Shown here one piece after another: positions 27,843 to 36,962 of a stretch of 64,000 nt of DNA (within the stretch, counting starts at the first letter, position 1; every line of letters begins with the position of its first letter). This DNA comes from Burkholderiales bacterium (GTDB lineage: Bacteria; Pseudomonadota; Gammaproteobacteria; Burkholderiales; Ga0077523). Both the position numbers and the translations under genes were made by a program. The DNA is taken from the NCBI GenBank assembly GCA_019745565.1, contig JAIESW010000038.1:11931-75930 (forward strand), in the 5' to 3' direction. The notes beneath the pieces were generated by a model. It was not told where the DNA came from. It did no database searches and saw only the letters and a program-made list of their open reading frames with translations.

Positions 27843-28015
27843 GGATTGGTGGAAACCACTGAAAGTCCCTCCAACTACGGCATTCGGGACCGGAAATTGA
27901 GTTCAGGGCCGGCCGCCCGGGGGCGGCCTTTCTCCCCGGGAGGGCGTCCGGTAGACTTCCAGGTCCACGCGGGCGCCCGCCCGCCGCAGCGGCATTTCAA
28001 GCCCCGGATACGGTC

Positions 28016-29119
28016 ATGGACGAAAAACTCGTATACAACGTCAACGTCGTCGAGCAGCAGGTGCTCGCCTCCCCCGAGGAGATCAAGCGCCGCCTGCCGC
28101 TCTCGGAACGCGCCGAGCGCACGGTGCTGGAAGGCCGCCAGACGGTGGAGCGGATCCTCGACCGGCGCGACCATCGCCTGCTGGTGGTCGTGGGCCCCTG
28201 CTCGATCCACGACCCGGCCGCCGCCATGGACTACGCGCGACGCCTGAAGGCCGTGGCCGACGAAGTGAGCGACACGATCTTCGTCGTGATGCGGGTCTAC
28301 TTCGAGAAGCCCCGCACCACCACGGGCTGGAAGGGCCTCATCAACGATCCGCGCATGGACGACTCCTTCGCCATCGAGGAAGGCCTGCAGCTCGCGCGCA
28401 AGGTGCTGCTCGACATCAACGAGCTGGGCCTCCCGGCGGGCACCGAAGCACTCGATCCGATCAGCCCCCAGTATCTCGGCGACCTGGTCACCTGGAGCGC
28501 CATCGGGGCCCGCACCACCGAATCGCAGACCCACCGCGAAATGGCGAGCGGCCTGTCCACGCCGGTGGGCTTCAAGAACGGCACGGACGGCGGCCTGCAG
28601 GTCGCGATCAACGCGCTGCTGTCGGTCTCGCGTCCGCACAGTTTCCTCGGCATCAACCCGCAGGGCGAGGTGGCGATCATCCGCACCCGCGGCAACGCCT
28701 ACGGCCACATCGTGCTGCGCGGTGGCGCGAAGGGCCCGAACTACGATTCGGTCACCGTGGCGCTGGTGGAGAAGGAGCTCGCCAAGAACAAGCTGCCGGC
28801 GAACATCATGATCGACTGCAGCCACGCCAACTCCAACAAGGACCCGAGCCTGCAGCCGCTGGTGATGCACGACGTCGCGCACCAGATCGTCGAGGGCAAT
28901 CGGGCCATCGTCGGCGTGATGGTGGAAAGCAACATCAACGCGGGCAACCAGTCGATCCCGGCCGATCTGAAGCAGCTCAAGTACGGCGTGTCGGTGACCG
29001 ACGGCTGCATCGACTGGGCCACCACGGAAAAGACGCTCCGCGATGCGCGTGCGAAGCTGAAGGATGCGCTGCCGGCGCGCCTGCCGCGGATGGCGGAAGT
29101 GCGGAGTCTGCGGGGCTAG
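28016..29119 (+). CDS. aroG: Class I-alpha DAHP synthase (AroF/AroG/AroH type)
   Basis: VGPCSIHD, RVYFEKPRTTTGWKG, IGARTTESQTHRE, DCSHANS, YGVSVTDGC; isozyme identity uncertain. Confidence 0.92.
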   Translation: MDEKLVYNVNVVEQQVLASPEEIKRRLPLSERAERTVLEGRQTVERILDRRDHRLLVVVGPCSIHDPAAAMDYARRLKAVADEVSDTIFVVMRVYFEKPRTTTGWKGLINDPRMDDSFAIEEGLQLARKVLLDINELGLPAGTEALDPISPQYLGDLVTWSAIGARTTESQTHREMASGLSTPVGFKNGTDGGLQVAINALLSVSRPHSFLGINPQGEVAIIRTRGNAYGHIVLRGGAKGPNYDSVTVALVEKELAKNKLPANIMIDCSHANSNKDPSLQPLVMHDVAHQIVEGNRAIVGVMVESNINAGNQSIPADLKQLKYGVSVTDGCIDWATTEKTLRDARAKLKDALPARLPRMAEVRSLRG

Positions 29120-29194
29120 AGGGCGGGGGCCAGGGTTCGCGCAATGCGGTTTGCCAGCTGCCCTAGCCCCTAGTCCCTGTATTTCCCCAGTCCG

Positions 29195-29593
29195 TCAGTC
29201 GCAGGACATCCAGCCGCAAACCTGTTTTCCCGCCACGCGTGCGGACCAGCGCGTGGCCTCTTCCATCGAGGCCTTCATGGCCTTGCGCACCGTGGGGCAC
29301 GCGCTTTCCGGCACGTCGATGGGTTCCTCCAGCGCCGCTGCGCGGCGGTTCGCGATACCGGCCGCCGTGATGTCGAGCCAGCCTTCGGCGGAATCGAACA
29401 CCTCCTGCCAGGCCTCGGCATGCTCCTTGGTCGCGGGCGCCTTGGGATCGCAGACCTCCAGTGCCGCCTGGAGCTGCGCCTTGCGATAGGCGAGCTGATA
29501 GATCTCGTTGCGCGTGGCGCGCTCGCGGACGTCGTCGCAACCGGCGAGCAGGATCAGAGGGAGCAGCAGCGCGAGGCAGAGGCGGGGCGTCAT
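29195..29593 (-). CDS. Hypothetical lipoprotein
   Basis: Lipobox LAGC after hydrophobic leader; helical mature part with four Cys. Confidence 0.7.
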   Translation of the reverse strand: MTPRLCLALLLPLILLAGCDDVRERATRNEIYQLAYRKAQLQAALEVCDPKAPATKEHAEAWQEVFDSAEGWLDITAAGIANRRAAALEEPIDVPESACPTVRKAMKASMEEATRWSARVAGKQVCGWMSCD

Positions 29594-29795
29594 GGACGGA
29601 TCGGGGCATCGAGAGGCGGAGCGGAAACCGATTCATCAACGGCACGGCGACTCGCAACTGGAGGGCGACTTGCTCCTGCGGTCGGGGCGGAACTGCGGGA
29701 ACCCGTTGCGACACGGCGGCGGCAGGCGGATCATTTCCGTACGGAGGCGGTTCGGGATATCGCCACCGCGCCGTCCTGAACCATCGGGAGGAACC

Positions 29796-30341
29796 ATGTC
29801 GAGGCGCGCCGCGCTGTGGACCCTGCTGGTCTTCGCTGCACTCGCCCGAGCGGAGGAGAAAGCCATGACGATCGCCCTCACGTCGTCCGCGTTCGCCCAC
29901 AACGGCCCCATCCCGGCCCGGTTCACCTGCGAGGGTGCGAACGTCTCACCTGCGCTCGCCTGGAGCGGCTTGCCGGCGGGCACCAAGAGCCTGGCCCTGA
30001 TCGTCGACGATCCCGACGCCCCCGATCCGGCGGCACCGCGGATGACCTGGGTCCATTGGGTGCTCTTCAATCTGCCGCCCTCGGCCAAGGGCCTGCCCGA
30101 AGGCGTGGCCACCCAGGCGCTGCCGTCCGGCGCGCGGCCCGGCGTCAACGACTTCTCCACGACAGCCTACGGCGGTCCGTGCCCGCCCGTGGGACGTCAT
30201 CGCTACTTCCACAAGCTGTACGCGCTCGACACGGTTCTCGCCGATCTCGATCGGCCGCGCAAGGCCGACCTCGAACGCGCCATGAAGGGGCACGTGCTCG
30301 GCGAGGCTCAACTGGTCGGCACGTATCAGAAGACCCGCTAA
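29796..30341 (+). CDS. YbhB/YbcL-family (Raf kinase inhibitor/PEBP-like) protein, secreted
   Basis: LTSSAF, NVSPAL.W, DDPDAP, WVHWV, YGGPCPP.GRHRY; GGAGG SD. Confidence 0.92.
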   Translation: MSRRAALWTLLVFAALARAEEKAMTIALTSSAFAHNGPIPARFTCEGANVSPALAWSGLPAGTKSLALIVDDPDAPDPAAPRMTWVHWVLFNLPPSAKGLPEGVATQALPSGARPGVNDFSTTAYGGPCPPVGRHRYFHKLYALDTVLADLDRPRKADLERAMKGHVLGEAQLVGTYQKTR

Positions 30342-30991
30342 CGCGTTATGGGGATGCGCTGCGCGGCCATCGGCAGGTCGTTGGCGCCCTGCATCACCGT
30401 GGAACGGAACACGGGCGCTCCGGCCAGATAGTCGAGAAGCATGGGCGTCGCGTCCTCGCCCCAGAACACTTCGCCGTCGGTCGTCACGAAGGTCGGCACG
30501 CCGAACACGCCGCGCGTCGTGGCCTCTTCGCCGTTGTCCCTCAGCCGCGCCTTGACCTCGGGCGCTGCGATGCGCGCATCCGCGTCCGGAACACCGAGCC
30601 GGTCGCACAGGAGCTTCCATGACGACGGGTCGTCTGTGCTGAGGCCGTCACGCCAGACGAAACGGAAAATGTCGAGCACCGCTTCGCGCTTCGCGTCGAG
30701 GGCGATCGCGAGCCGCAGCAGCTTGAGCGGATTGAACGGATGCGCCGGCGGGATCTTCGGATCGAGACCCCGCCGCGCGGCCTGCCAGACGAACTGCCGA
30801 TAGGTGAAGCGGCGCTTCGGCGCGATCTCCGCAGGACCTTTCTGGCCCCAACGCTCCAGCAGGCCGGCAAACAGGATCGGCACACAGCGCACGTCCGCCA
30901 CCGCATCGACTTCCCCCAGCCGTTCCGCCTGCAGGTAGGCGTACGGCGAGATGACGTCGAAATACCAGTCGACGGCGGGACGTGTGCTCAT
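30338..30991 (-). CDS. 2-hydroxychromene-2-carboxylate isomerase / kappa-GST (DsbA-like) protein
   Basis: WYFDVISPYAYL, PAEI..KR, HPFNPL, GVFGVPTF, FWGED. Confidence 0.88.
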   Translation of the reverse strand: MSTRPAVDWYFDVISPYAYLQAERLGEVDAVADVRCVPILFAGLLERWGQKGPAEIAPKRRFTYRQFVWQAARRGLDPKIPPAHPFNPLKLLRLAIALDAKREAVLDIFRFVWRDGLSTDDPSSWKLLCDRLGVPDADARIAAPEVKARLRDNGEEATTRGVFGVPTFVTTDGEVFWGEDATPMLLDYLAGAPVFRSTVMQGANDLPMAAQRIPITR

Positions 30992-30994
30992 GTC

Positions 30995-31159
30995 AGTGGC
31001 GCCGGGCCGCCCCAAGACACTGACGCGCCCCCTCAGGGGGCAGCGACCGCAGGGAGCGTGGGGGAGCGTTCATCTCTAGTGGCGCCAGGCCGCCCCAAGA
31101 CACTGACACGCCCCCTCGGGGGGGGCAGCGACCAAAGGGACCGTGGGGCTCGTTTCATC
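30995..31159 (+). repeat. Two tandem ~83-bp REP-like repeats, family B
   Basis: AGTGGCGCC.GGCCGCCCCAAGACACTGAC.CGCCCCCTC.GGGGGCAGCGACC...GGGA.CGTGGGG...TTCATC at 30995-31074 and 31078-31159. Confidence 0.85.
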
Positions 31160-31168
31160 CTACCGCGA

Positions 31169-32119
31169 TCAGTGAATCGCCACCGGCGCCACGGTCGAGC
31201 CCGTGCCGCCCTTGATCTTGAGCGGCTGCACTGCAAACGCGAACTGGTGGATGTTCTTCGCAGCCAGTTCGTCGAGCTTCATGTTCTCGAGCAGGAAGAT
31301 GCCGTTCACGACCAGCGCGATCTGGTGCACCGGCAGGCTGATGGCCTTGTCGGGGTTGGGCGCGACTTCGACACCGAAGGTGTCGGCACCGATCAGCATC
31401 ACGTCCTGCTTCGCCAGCCACTCCGCGGCGGGCGCGCCGATGCCGGGCGTGGTGGCGTTGTACTTGGCGTTGTCCACACCCCAGAGCTTGCCGAAACCGG
31501 AATGGATCAGCACGGCGTCGCCGGGCTGGATGCTCAGATTCTGCCGCTTCAACGCCCCCTGCAGATCGTCCGGCGTGATCTCGTAACCGGCCTGCAGCAT
31601 ATCCACGCCCTTCAGCGCCGCGACGTCGATCAGCAGGCCGCGCGTGAACAGCATGCCGATGCCGTCCACACCCATCTTCGTGAAGCCGCCGCGCGTGGCG
31701 ATGTCGTCGATCTTCACGCAGTTGTACGTCATGTCGCCGATGGTCTGGTGCGGAAACATGTCGAACTGCGTGCCCACCTGGCCCAGTTCGGTGAAGATGA
31801 GTTCCTCGTTGCTGCGGCGCTGGTTCGAACCCAGCGACGGTCCGGTGCGCTTCAAGTGGATCTCGAACTTGCGCGTGCCGAACAGCGGGATATCGGACGA
31901 CAGCGTACGACCCAGCTCGATGACTTCGCCGGTGCGGATCAGGCCGGCCGCCTTCAGCACCTGCTGTGCGTTCTGCAGATTCGCGGCACCGCGCACATCG
32001 GCCGCACCCCACTTGGACGGGCACCGTGCCTCGGGCGCCGGCGGCGTCCAACTCTGAGCCTGGGAACCAAACGCGACGGCGCACAGCGCCAGTCCGGAAA
32101 GACCTGCGACGAGCTTCAT
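31169..32119 (-). CDS. Secreted cyclase-family (kynurenine formamidase-like) metallohydrolase
   Basis: Signal peptide; SKWGAAD.RG, QVGTQFD...H, TRGLLID, PGDAVLIHSG, GADT, VHQ, LENM, GGTGS..AP. Confidence 0.85.
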   Translation of the reverse strand: MKLVAGLSGLALCAVAFGSQAQSWTPPAPEARCPSKWGAADVRGAANLQNAQQVLKAAGLIRTGEVIELGRTLSSDIPLFGTRKFEIHLKRTGPSLGSNQRRSNEELIFTELGQVGTQFDMFPHQTIGDMTYNCVKIDDIATRGGFTKMGVDGIGMLFTRGLLIDVAALKGVDMLQAGYEITPDDLQGALKRQNLSIQPGDAVLIHSGFGKLWGVDNAKYNATTPGIGAPAAEWLAKQDVMLIGADTFGVEVAPNPDKAISLPVHQIALVVNGIFLLENMKLDELAAKNIHQFAFAVQPLKIKGGTGSTVAPVAIH

Positions 32120-32152
32120 CTTCTTCTCCTCCCCTCTAGATGACTGCGTGTT

Positions 32153-32533
32153 CTATTGCTTGTTGACGGTCATGCGAACCACCTGGCCGCGCAGCAGCAG
32201 GTTCAACAGGAAGCTGAAGAACGAGATGAACAACGCGGCGAAGAACGCTTGCCAGAACGTGCCGACGGTGAAACCCGGCACCAGCCACGCGATCAGGAAC
32301 AGGATCAGCGTGTTGAGGACCAGCACGAAGAGCCCGAGGGTCACGAACGTGATGGGCAAGGTCAGGATGAACAGGATCGGCTTCAGAAACGTGTTCACGA
32401 GACCGAAGACCAGCCCCGCGAGCAGCAATGCCTCCGGCCCGGAGAATGCCAGCCCCGGCAGCAAGCGCGAAGCGACCCACAGCGTCAGGGTGTTGATGCC
32501 CCAGAAGACCAGGAAACGGACGACGGTCTGCAT
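32153..32533 (-). CDS. YvlD-like 4-TM membrane protein (mycobacterial phage holin family)
   Basis: GLVN..LKPIL.ILTLP...VTLGLF..VLN..IL...AWLVPGF. Confidence 0.88.
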   Translation of the reverse strand: MQTVVRFLVFWGINTLTLWVASRLLPGLAFSGPEALLLAGLVFGLVNTFLKPILFILTLPITFVTLGLFVLVLNTLILFLIAWLVPGFTVGTFWQAFFAALFISFFSFLLNLLLRGQVVRMTVNKQ

Positions 32534-32578
32534 GATTCGGCGATGGTAACCCGCCGGGCGTGTAGCATGCGCGCCTCC

Positions 32579-33475
32579 ATGGGCCCGAACACCGCCACCC
32601 TGCCGCGCTCCACGTGGCTGCTGCTCGCCATCCTCACTCTCGGCTGGGGCATGAACTGGCCCATGATCAAGATGGGCCTGGCGGACATCCCGGTGTTCAC
32701 GTTCCGCTTCCTTTGCGTTGCGGCGGGTGCCATAGGCCTCTTTGCCATCGCGCGACTGAGCGGGCTCAGGATCGCCGTGCCGCGCGCAGAATGGGGTCCG
32801 CTCAGCGTGATGTCGCTGTGCAACGTCACGCTGTGGAACATCCTCATCGCATACGGCATCCAGATGATGCCGTCGGGGCGCTCCGCCATCCTCGCGTACA
32901 CGATGCCGCTGTGGACCGTCCTGCTGTCCGCGCCGGTCCTGCACGAGAAGCTCACCCGACGCCGCCTCGCCGGCATCACGCTGGGCATGGGTGGCCTCGG
33001 ATTGCTGCTGGCTGCGGAGCTGGCGTCGCTGCGCGCCGCGCCCCTCGGCGCCCTGCTGATCGTCGGCGCCGCGCTGTCGTGGGCCACCGGCACGACGCTC
33101 ACGAAGAAGTACCGCAGTTCCCTGCCCACCACCAGCTTCACCGCGTGGAATCTGTTCCTGGGCGGCATTCCGCTCGCCGTCGGCGCGCTCCTGCTGGAGC
33201 CGTCGCAGTGGCGCCCCATCGGTCCGTCGGCGATGGTCGGGCTCATCTACAACATGATCGTGGCGTTCGTCATCTGCCACTGGATCTGGTTCAAGATCGT
33301 CTCGCTCGCTCCCGCGGGCGTATCGGCCCTGGGCACACTGACGATTCCCGTCGTGGCGGTCTTCAGCGGGATGCTCCTGCTCGGCGAGCGCCCCGAATGG
33401 TCGGATTACGCCGCCCTGGCGCTGATCGTCGCCGCCGTGGCAACGGTGCTGATTCCCCGACGCCAGCCGCGCTAG
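32579..33475 (+). CDS. DMT/EamA-family transporter
   Basis: WGMNWPMIK, SGRSAILAYTMPLW, LHEKL, LLLGE; two EamA repeats. Confidence 0.9.
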   Translation: MGPNTATLPRSTWLLLAILTLGWGMNWPMIKMGLADIPVFTFRFLCVAAGAIGLFAIARLSGLRIAVPRAEWGPLSVMSLCNVTLWNILIAYGIQMMPSGRSAILAYTMPLWTVLLSAPVLHEKLTRRRLAGITLGMGGLGLLLAAELASLRAAPLGALLIVGAALSWATGTTLTKKYRSSLPTTSFTAWNLFLGGIPLAVGALLLEPSQWRPIGPSAMVGLIYNMIVAFVICHWIWFKIVSLAPAGVSALGTLTIPVVAVFSGMLLLGERPEWSDYAALALIVAAVATVLIPRRQPR

Positions 33476-33539
33476 CGGCCCTCTGCGCAACTCAAGACGC
33501 CCGCCGCCCCGGCCGTTAAGGCTAGGGCGCGGCGGAGCT

Positions 33540-33555
33540 TGGCAGAAAAGTTGCT
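33540..33555 (+). promoter_or_regulatory. Sigma54 promoter candidate upstream of lytic transglycosylase
   Basis: TGGCAGAAAAGTTGCT (GG-N10-GC), 89 nt before ATG. Confidence 0.55.
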
Positions 33556-33643
33556 GACACTCTGGCTGCGCTCCGACGGAGCCGGCCCGACAACCCGTCG
33601 AATGTCCACAACTTACTGTTTCCAATAAGAAAACGAAACTGCC

Positions 33644-34312
33644 ATGCGACTGAAGACCGTGTTCCTGACCCTTGCGCTCGGCGGCCTTGCCCTGACGCAG
33701 AGCGGCCTTGCCGGTGCCGATATCTACAAGTGCACGCAGGCTGATGGGACCCCGCTCTTCACCAACGTCCCCGAGGATCCGCGCTGCCAGCTCCACATGA
33801 AGCTCGACAAGGAGGCTTCGGCGGTCTCGAAGATCGTCGAGGACCGCGCCGCCCGCCGGGTTTCGCCGGTCGCGCGCAGCAAGTACGACGATCACGTGCA
33901 GGCCGCGGCGCGCGAGCACGGCGTCGATGCAGCACTGATCCACGCGGTGATCTCCGCGGAATCCGGATACAACCAGTTCGCGCGATCGCCCAAGGGCGCG
34001 CGCGGTCTGATGCAGCTCATTCCCGAGACGGGTGCGCGCTACGGCGCGACCAACCTGCTCGACCCGCGTCAGAACATCGATGCCGGCACGCGCTATCTGA
34101 AGGATCTGATGGGCATGTTCGGCAACGACATGCGCCTGGCGCTCGCCGCATACAACGCCGGTGAAGGTGCGGTGATGCGCTACGGCAACATCCCGCCGTA
34201 CCAGGAGACGCGCCAGTACGTGCCGAAGGTGCTCGCCTACTACAAACGCTACAGCAAGCCCGGCGTCGGCGGGACGATCCACATCCGCAAGACGTCGACC
34301 ACTACCGGCTGA
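33644..34312 (+). CDS. Lytic transglycosylase (SLT domain) with N-terminal DUF4124-like motif
   Basis: Signal peptide; IYK...DG...FTN.P; AVISAES, GARGLMQL, ALAAYNAGEG, PPY.ET..YV. Confidence 0.92.
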   Translation: MRLKTVFLTLALGGLALTQSGLAGADIYKCTQADGTPLFTNVPEDPRCQLHMKLDKEASAVSKIVEDRAARRVSPVARSKYDDHVQAAAREHGVDAALIHAVISAESGYNQFARSPKGARGLMQLIPETGARYGATNLLDPRQNIDAGTRYLKDLMGMFGNDMRLALAAYNAGEGAVMRYGNIPPYQETRQYVPKVLAYYKRYSKPGVGGTIHIRKTSTTTG

Positions 34313-34316
34313 TCGC

Positions 34317-35246
34317 TCAGCCGCGCAGCGGGCCCAGCGCGCGGGCGAAGCGGCGCGCGCATTCGAGGCCGAACGCCGAAGGTGCAAGCGCCGGGGCACG
34401 GTCATACACCGTCTCATCGAGCCCCATGCGCAGCAGCGCGATGCGCTTGCCGTAGCAGATCAGTGCATCGAGCGACTGCATGCCGAAGATGATGGCCGGC
34501 AGCACTTCGCGATAGATCGCTTCTGCCTCGACCTCGTTGCCGGCCCGCATCGCTGCGAAGACGCGCACCTGCCAGTCGAAGGTGTCGGTCGCCGGGATCA
34601 TGCCCGCGCATCCCGCACGCAGGTTGTCGGGCAGTTCCTGGCCGTTGCGGCCGTTGAACACCGCGAGCCGACCGCCGGTTTCCTCGATGACGCGCCGGAT
34701 CTGGGTGACCGGCCCTTCGCCTTTCAGCACCGTGAAGTTGGCATGAGCGCGCGCGAGTTCGGCGATGCCTTCGGCCGAAACGCCGACCTCGGTGTATTCG
34801 GGCGCATTCTGGATCGCCACCGGAAAATCCAGTGCATCCATCACGGCCGCGAAATGGCGGCGATAGAACACTTCGGGCTCGCCCCGCTCCGGGGGCGGCT
34901 GCAGGATCACCCACGCCGCACCGCACGAGCGGGCGAACCGGGCCGCGGCAACCTGATCCGCGACGCTGCCCGGCGCCACGGTGACGGCGAGCGGCAGGCG
35001 CCCACCGAGATCGGCGGCGACCCATTCGACCAGCGTGCGGCGCTCGTCTGCCGAGAGTTTGTTCACTTCCGTCGCCAGCCCGAGCACGGCCACGCCATGG
35101 GCACCGCCGGAGACCGCCGCGTGGACCTGGGCGCGCGTGAGTTCGCGTTCGAGCTTGCCCTCGCGGCCGAAACACGCGTACTGCATCGGATAGATGCCCC
35201 AGAAGGGCGCGGCACCGTCGCTCATGGGCTGGTCGGCATCCGGCAT
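34317..35246 (-). CDS. Dihydrodipicolinate synthase/N-acetylneuraminate lyase-family aldolase
   Basis: GIYP, VLGLATE, ILQPP, IQNAP, Schiff-base Lys in LKGE. Confidence 0.85.
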   Translation of the reverse strand: MPDADQPMSDGAAPFWGIYPMQYACFGREGKLERELTRAQVHAAVSGGAHGVAVLGLATEVNKLSADERRTLVEWVAADLGGRLPLAVTVAPGSVADQVAAARFARSCGAAWVILQPPPERGEPEVFYRRHFAAVMDALDFPVAIQNAPEYTEVGVSAEGIAELARAHANFTVLKGEGPVTQIRRVIEETGGRLAVFNGRNGQELPDNLRAGCAGMIPATDTFDWQVRVFAAMRAGNEVEAEAIYREVLPAIIFGMQSLDALICYGKRIALLRMGLDETVYDRAPALAPSAFGLECARRFARALGPLRG

Positions 35247-35299
35247 GGCACCGAAGGGGCGTATGATTTCTTCACTGTCGGCAGGGATGAGGGGACCGG

Positions 35300-36040
35300 A
35301 TGTTTCGAGTGAGCAAGGTGCTGGCGGCCATCGGTATGGCCGCCATGACGGGTATCGTCGCCGCGGCGGATGTCGCGCCCGTGACCCATGAGGAGATTCT
35401 CGTCGCGCTGCGCGACCCGATCAACAGCACCGGCAACGTCGCCGATGCCGTGGACGAAGCGACCGGTGCGCGCGGCTGGATGTCGTCCGACATGAAGCCG
35501 ATCTTCGACACCAAGATCGTCGGGCGTGCCGCGACTGCGCTGATGCGCCCGGTACTGCGCAGCGACCCGCGCAAGTACCAGAACCATCTGCTCGAGATCC
35601 TCGATCAGGCCGAACCGGGCAGCATCCTCGTGTACGTGATGCAGGACGGACTCGAGATCGCGGCCATGGGGAACCTGATGGCGACGACTGCGAAAGTGCG
35701 CGGACTCGAAGGTGCGGTGATCGACGGTGCCGTGCGCGACATCACCGAGATCCGCCAGATCGGTTTGCCGGTGTGGTCGCGCCGGGTCAGTCCGGCCACG
35801 TCGGTGGGACGCATGGTGAGCGTCGACAAGCAGATTCCGGTGCAATGCGGCGGCGTGATGGTGTACCCCGGCGACTACATCGTCGCCGACGCCGACGGTG
35901 CCGTCGTCGTGCCGCAGCAGGCGGCCGCGCAGGTGGTGGCGCTGCTCAAGGCTTACGCCGACAAGGAAACGAAGATGGTGCCCATCATCGAGGAGACGAA
36001 GTCGATGCTGAAGGCGCTGGAGCGGTACAACCGCTATTGA
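35300..36040 (+). CDS. RraA-family / HMG aldolase-like protein with N-terminal signal peptide
   Basis: VADAVD, IVGRA.T, MGNLM, VIDGAVRD, GGV.V.PGDYIVADADG; leader MFRVSKVLAAIGMAAMTGIVAAA. Confidence 0.85.
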   Translation: MFRVSKVLAAIGMAAMTGIVAAADVAPVTHEEILVALRDPINSTGNVADAVDEATGARGWMSSDMKPIFDTKIVGRAATALMRPVLRSDPRKYQNHLLEILDQAEPGSILVYVMQDGLEIAAMGNLMATTAKVRGLEGAVIDGAVRDITEIRQIGLPVWSRRVSPATSVGRMVSVDKQIPVQCGGVMVYPGDYIVADADGAVVVPQQAAAQVVALLKAYADKETKMVPIIEETKSMLKALERYNRY

Positions 36041-36054
36041 GCGGGCGCAACGGA

Positions 36055-36714
36055 ATGGCGGCCGTATCCATCACTCGACGACGCATCGCGGGCGCATTCG
36101 CGATCGCACAGCTCGCGGGGGTGCGCTGCGCCCTGGCGGAGCTCGTCGCCACGCCGGCGCAGATGCAGGGACCGTTCTATCCCGTGACCCTGCCGCTCGA
36201 GCGCGACAACGACCTCGTCAGCATCGCCGGCCGCAGCGGCAAGGCCCACGGCACCGTCACGGACGTGACGGGCCGCGTTCTCGACACCGACGGCAAACCG
36301 GTCGCAGGCGTGAGGATCGAGATCTGGCAGGTGAACGGCTATGGCCGCTATCACCATCCGGACGACGACAGCGACCTGCCGATGGACCCGAACTTCCAGG
36401 GCTATGGTGAAACCGTGAGCGACGCCGACGGCGGCTATCGCTTCCGCACCGTGAAGCCGGTCGCCTATCCTGGGCGCGCGCCGCACATCCATTTCGCGCT
36501 GACCGGTCGCGGCTTCGGCCCGTTCTACACCCAGATGTACCTGGCAGGAGCGCCCGAGAACGCCGGCGATTTCCTCCTGCGCCGCGTCACCGATCGCCGG
36601 CTGCGCGACGCACTGATCGTCCCGCTCGAAGCCTCGCCGAATGCCGGCAGCGAACTGGCGGCGCGTTTCGACGTGGTGCTGGGCAGCAGCATGCTGTCGA
36701 AGCAGCGGCCATGA
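36055..36714 (+). CDS. Intradiol ring-cleavage dioxygenase (protocatechuate 3,4-dioxygenase-like), Tat-like leader
   Basis: TRRR leader; GPFYP, DNDL, EIWQ...GRYHH, FQGYG, FRT.KP..YPGR.PHIH (Tyr/Tyr/His/His Fe ligands). Confidence 0.88.
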   Translation: MAAVSITRRRIAGAFAIAQLAGVRCALAELVATPAQMQGPFYPVTLPLERDNDLVSIAGRSGKAHGTVTDVTGRVLDTDGKPVAGVRIEIWQVNGYGRYHHPDDDSDLPMDPNFQGYGETVSDADGGYRFRTVKPVAYPGRAPHIHFALTGRGFGPFYTQMYLAGAPENAGDFLLRRVTDRRLRDALIVPLEASPNAGSELAARFDVVLGSSMLSKQRP

Positions 36715-36923
36715 GCGACGAGACGATGCCGAAGGCCGCGATGCTGCACCGCCTCGCGGAACTCAAGATGGAGCACAGCGACCTGGACGACGTGATCACC
36801 CGCGTGACCAACGACCCCGGTCACGACGAGTTGCGCGTGCGGCGACTCAAGAAGCGCAAGCTGCTGCTGAAGGACCAGATCGCCTGGCTCGAGCGGCAGA
36901 TCGATCCGGACGAGCCGGCCTGA
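36711..36923 (+). CDS. YdcH/DUF465-family small protein
   Basis: L..EH.DLD..I, RRLKKRKL.LKDQI..LE..I.PD. Confidence 0.9.
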   Translation: MSDETMPKAAMLHRLAELKMEHSDLDDVITRVTNDPGHDELRVRRLKKRKLLLKDQIAWLERQIDPDEPA

Positions 36924-36962
36924 GCCATCACCGGCCGCGATCAGGGAGCGACCGGCGAGCCG

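Noticed and set aside
30995-31159. Possible CRISPR array
   Set aside because: Only two ~83-bp imperfect units with no unique spacers and no cas genes; matches a dispersed REP-like family
32153-34312. Prophage lysis cassette (holin-family protein plus lytic transglycosylase)
   Set aside because: YvlD-type 4-TM proteins and DUF4124-SLT enzymes are ordinary chromosomal genes; they are on opposite strands with a DMT gene between them and no phage genes nearby
35246-35261. Sigma54 promoter for RraA operon (TGGCAC-N5-GGGC)
   Set aside because: Lacks the TTGC -12 element; an adjacent TATGAT suggests a sigma70 -10 instead
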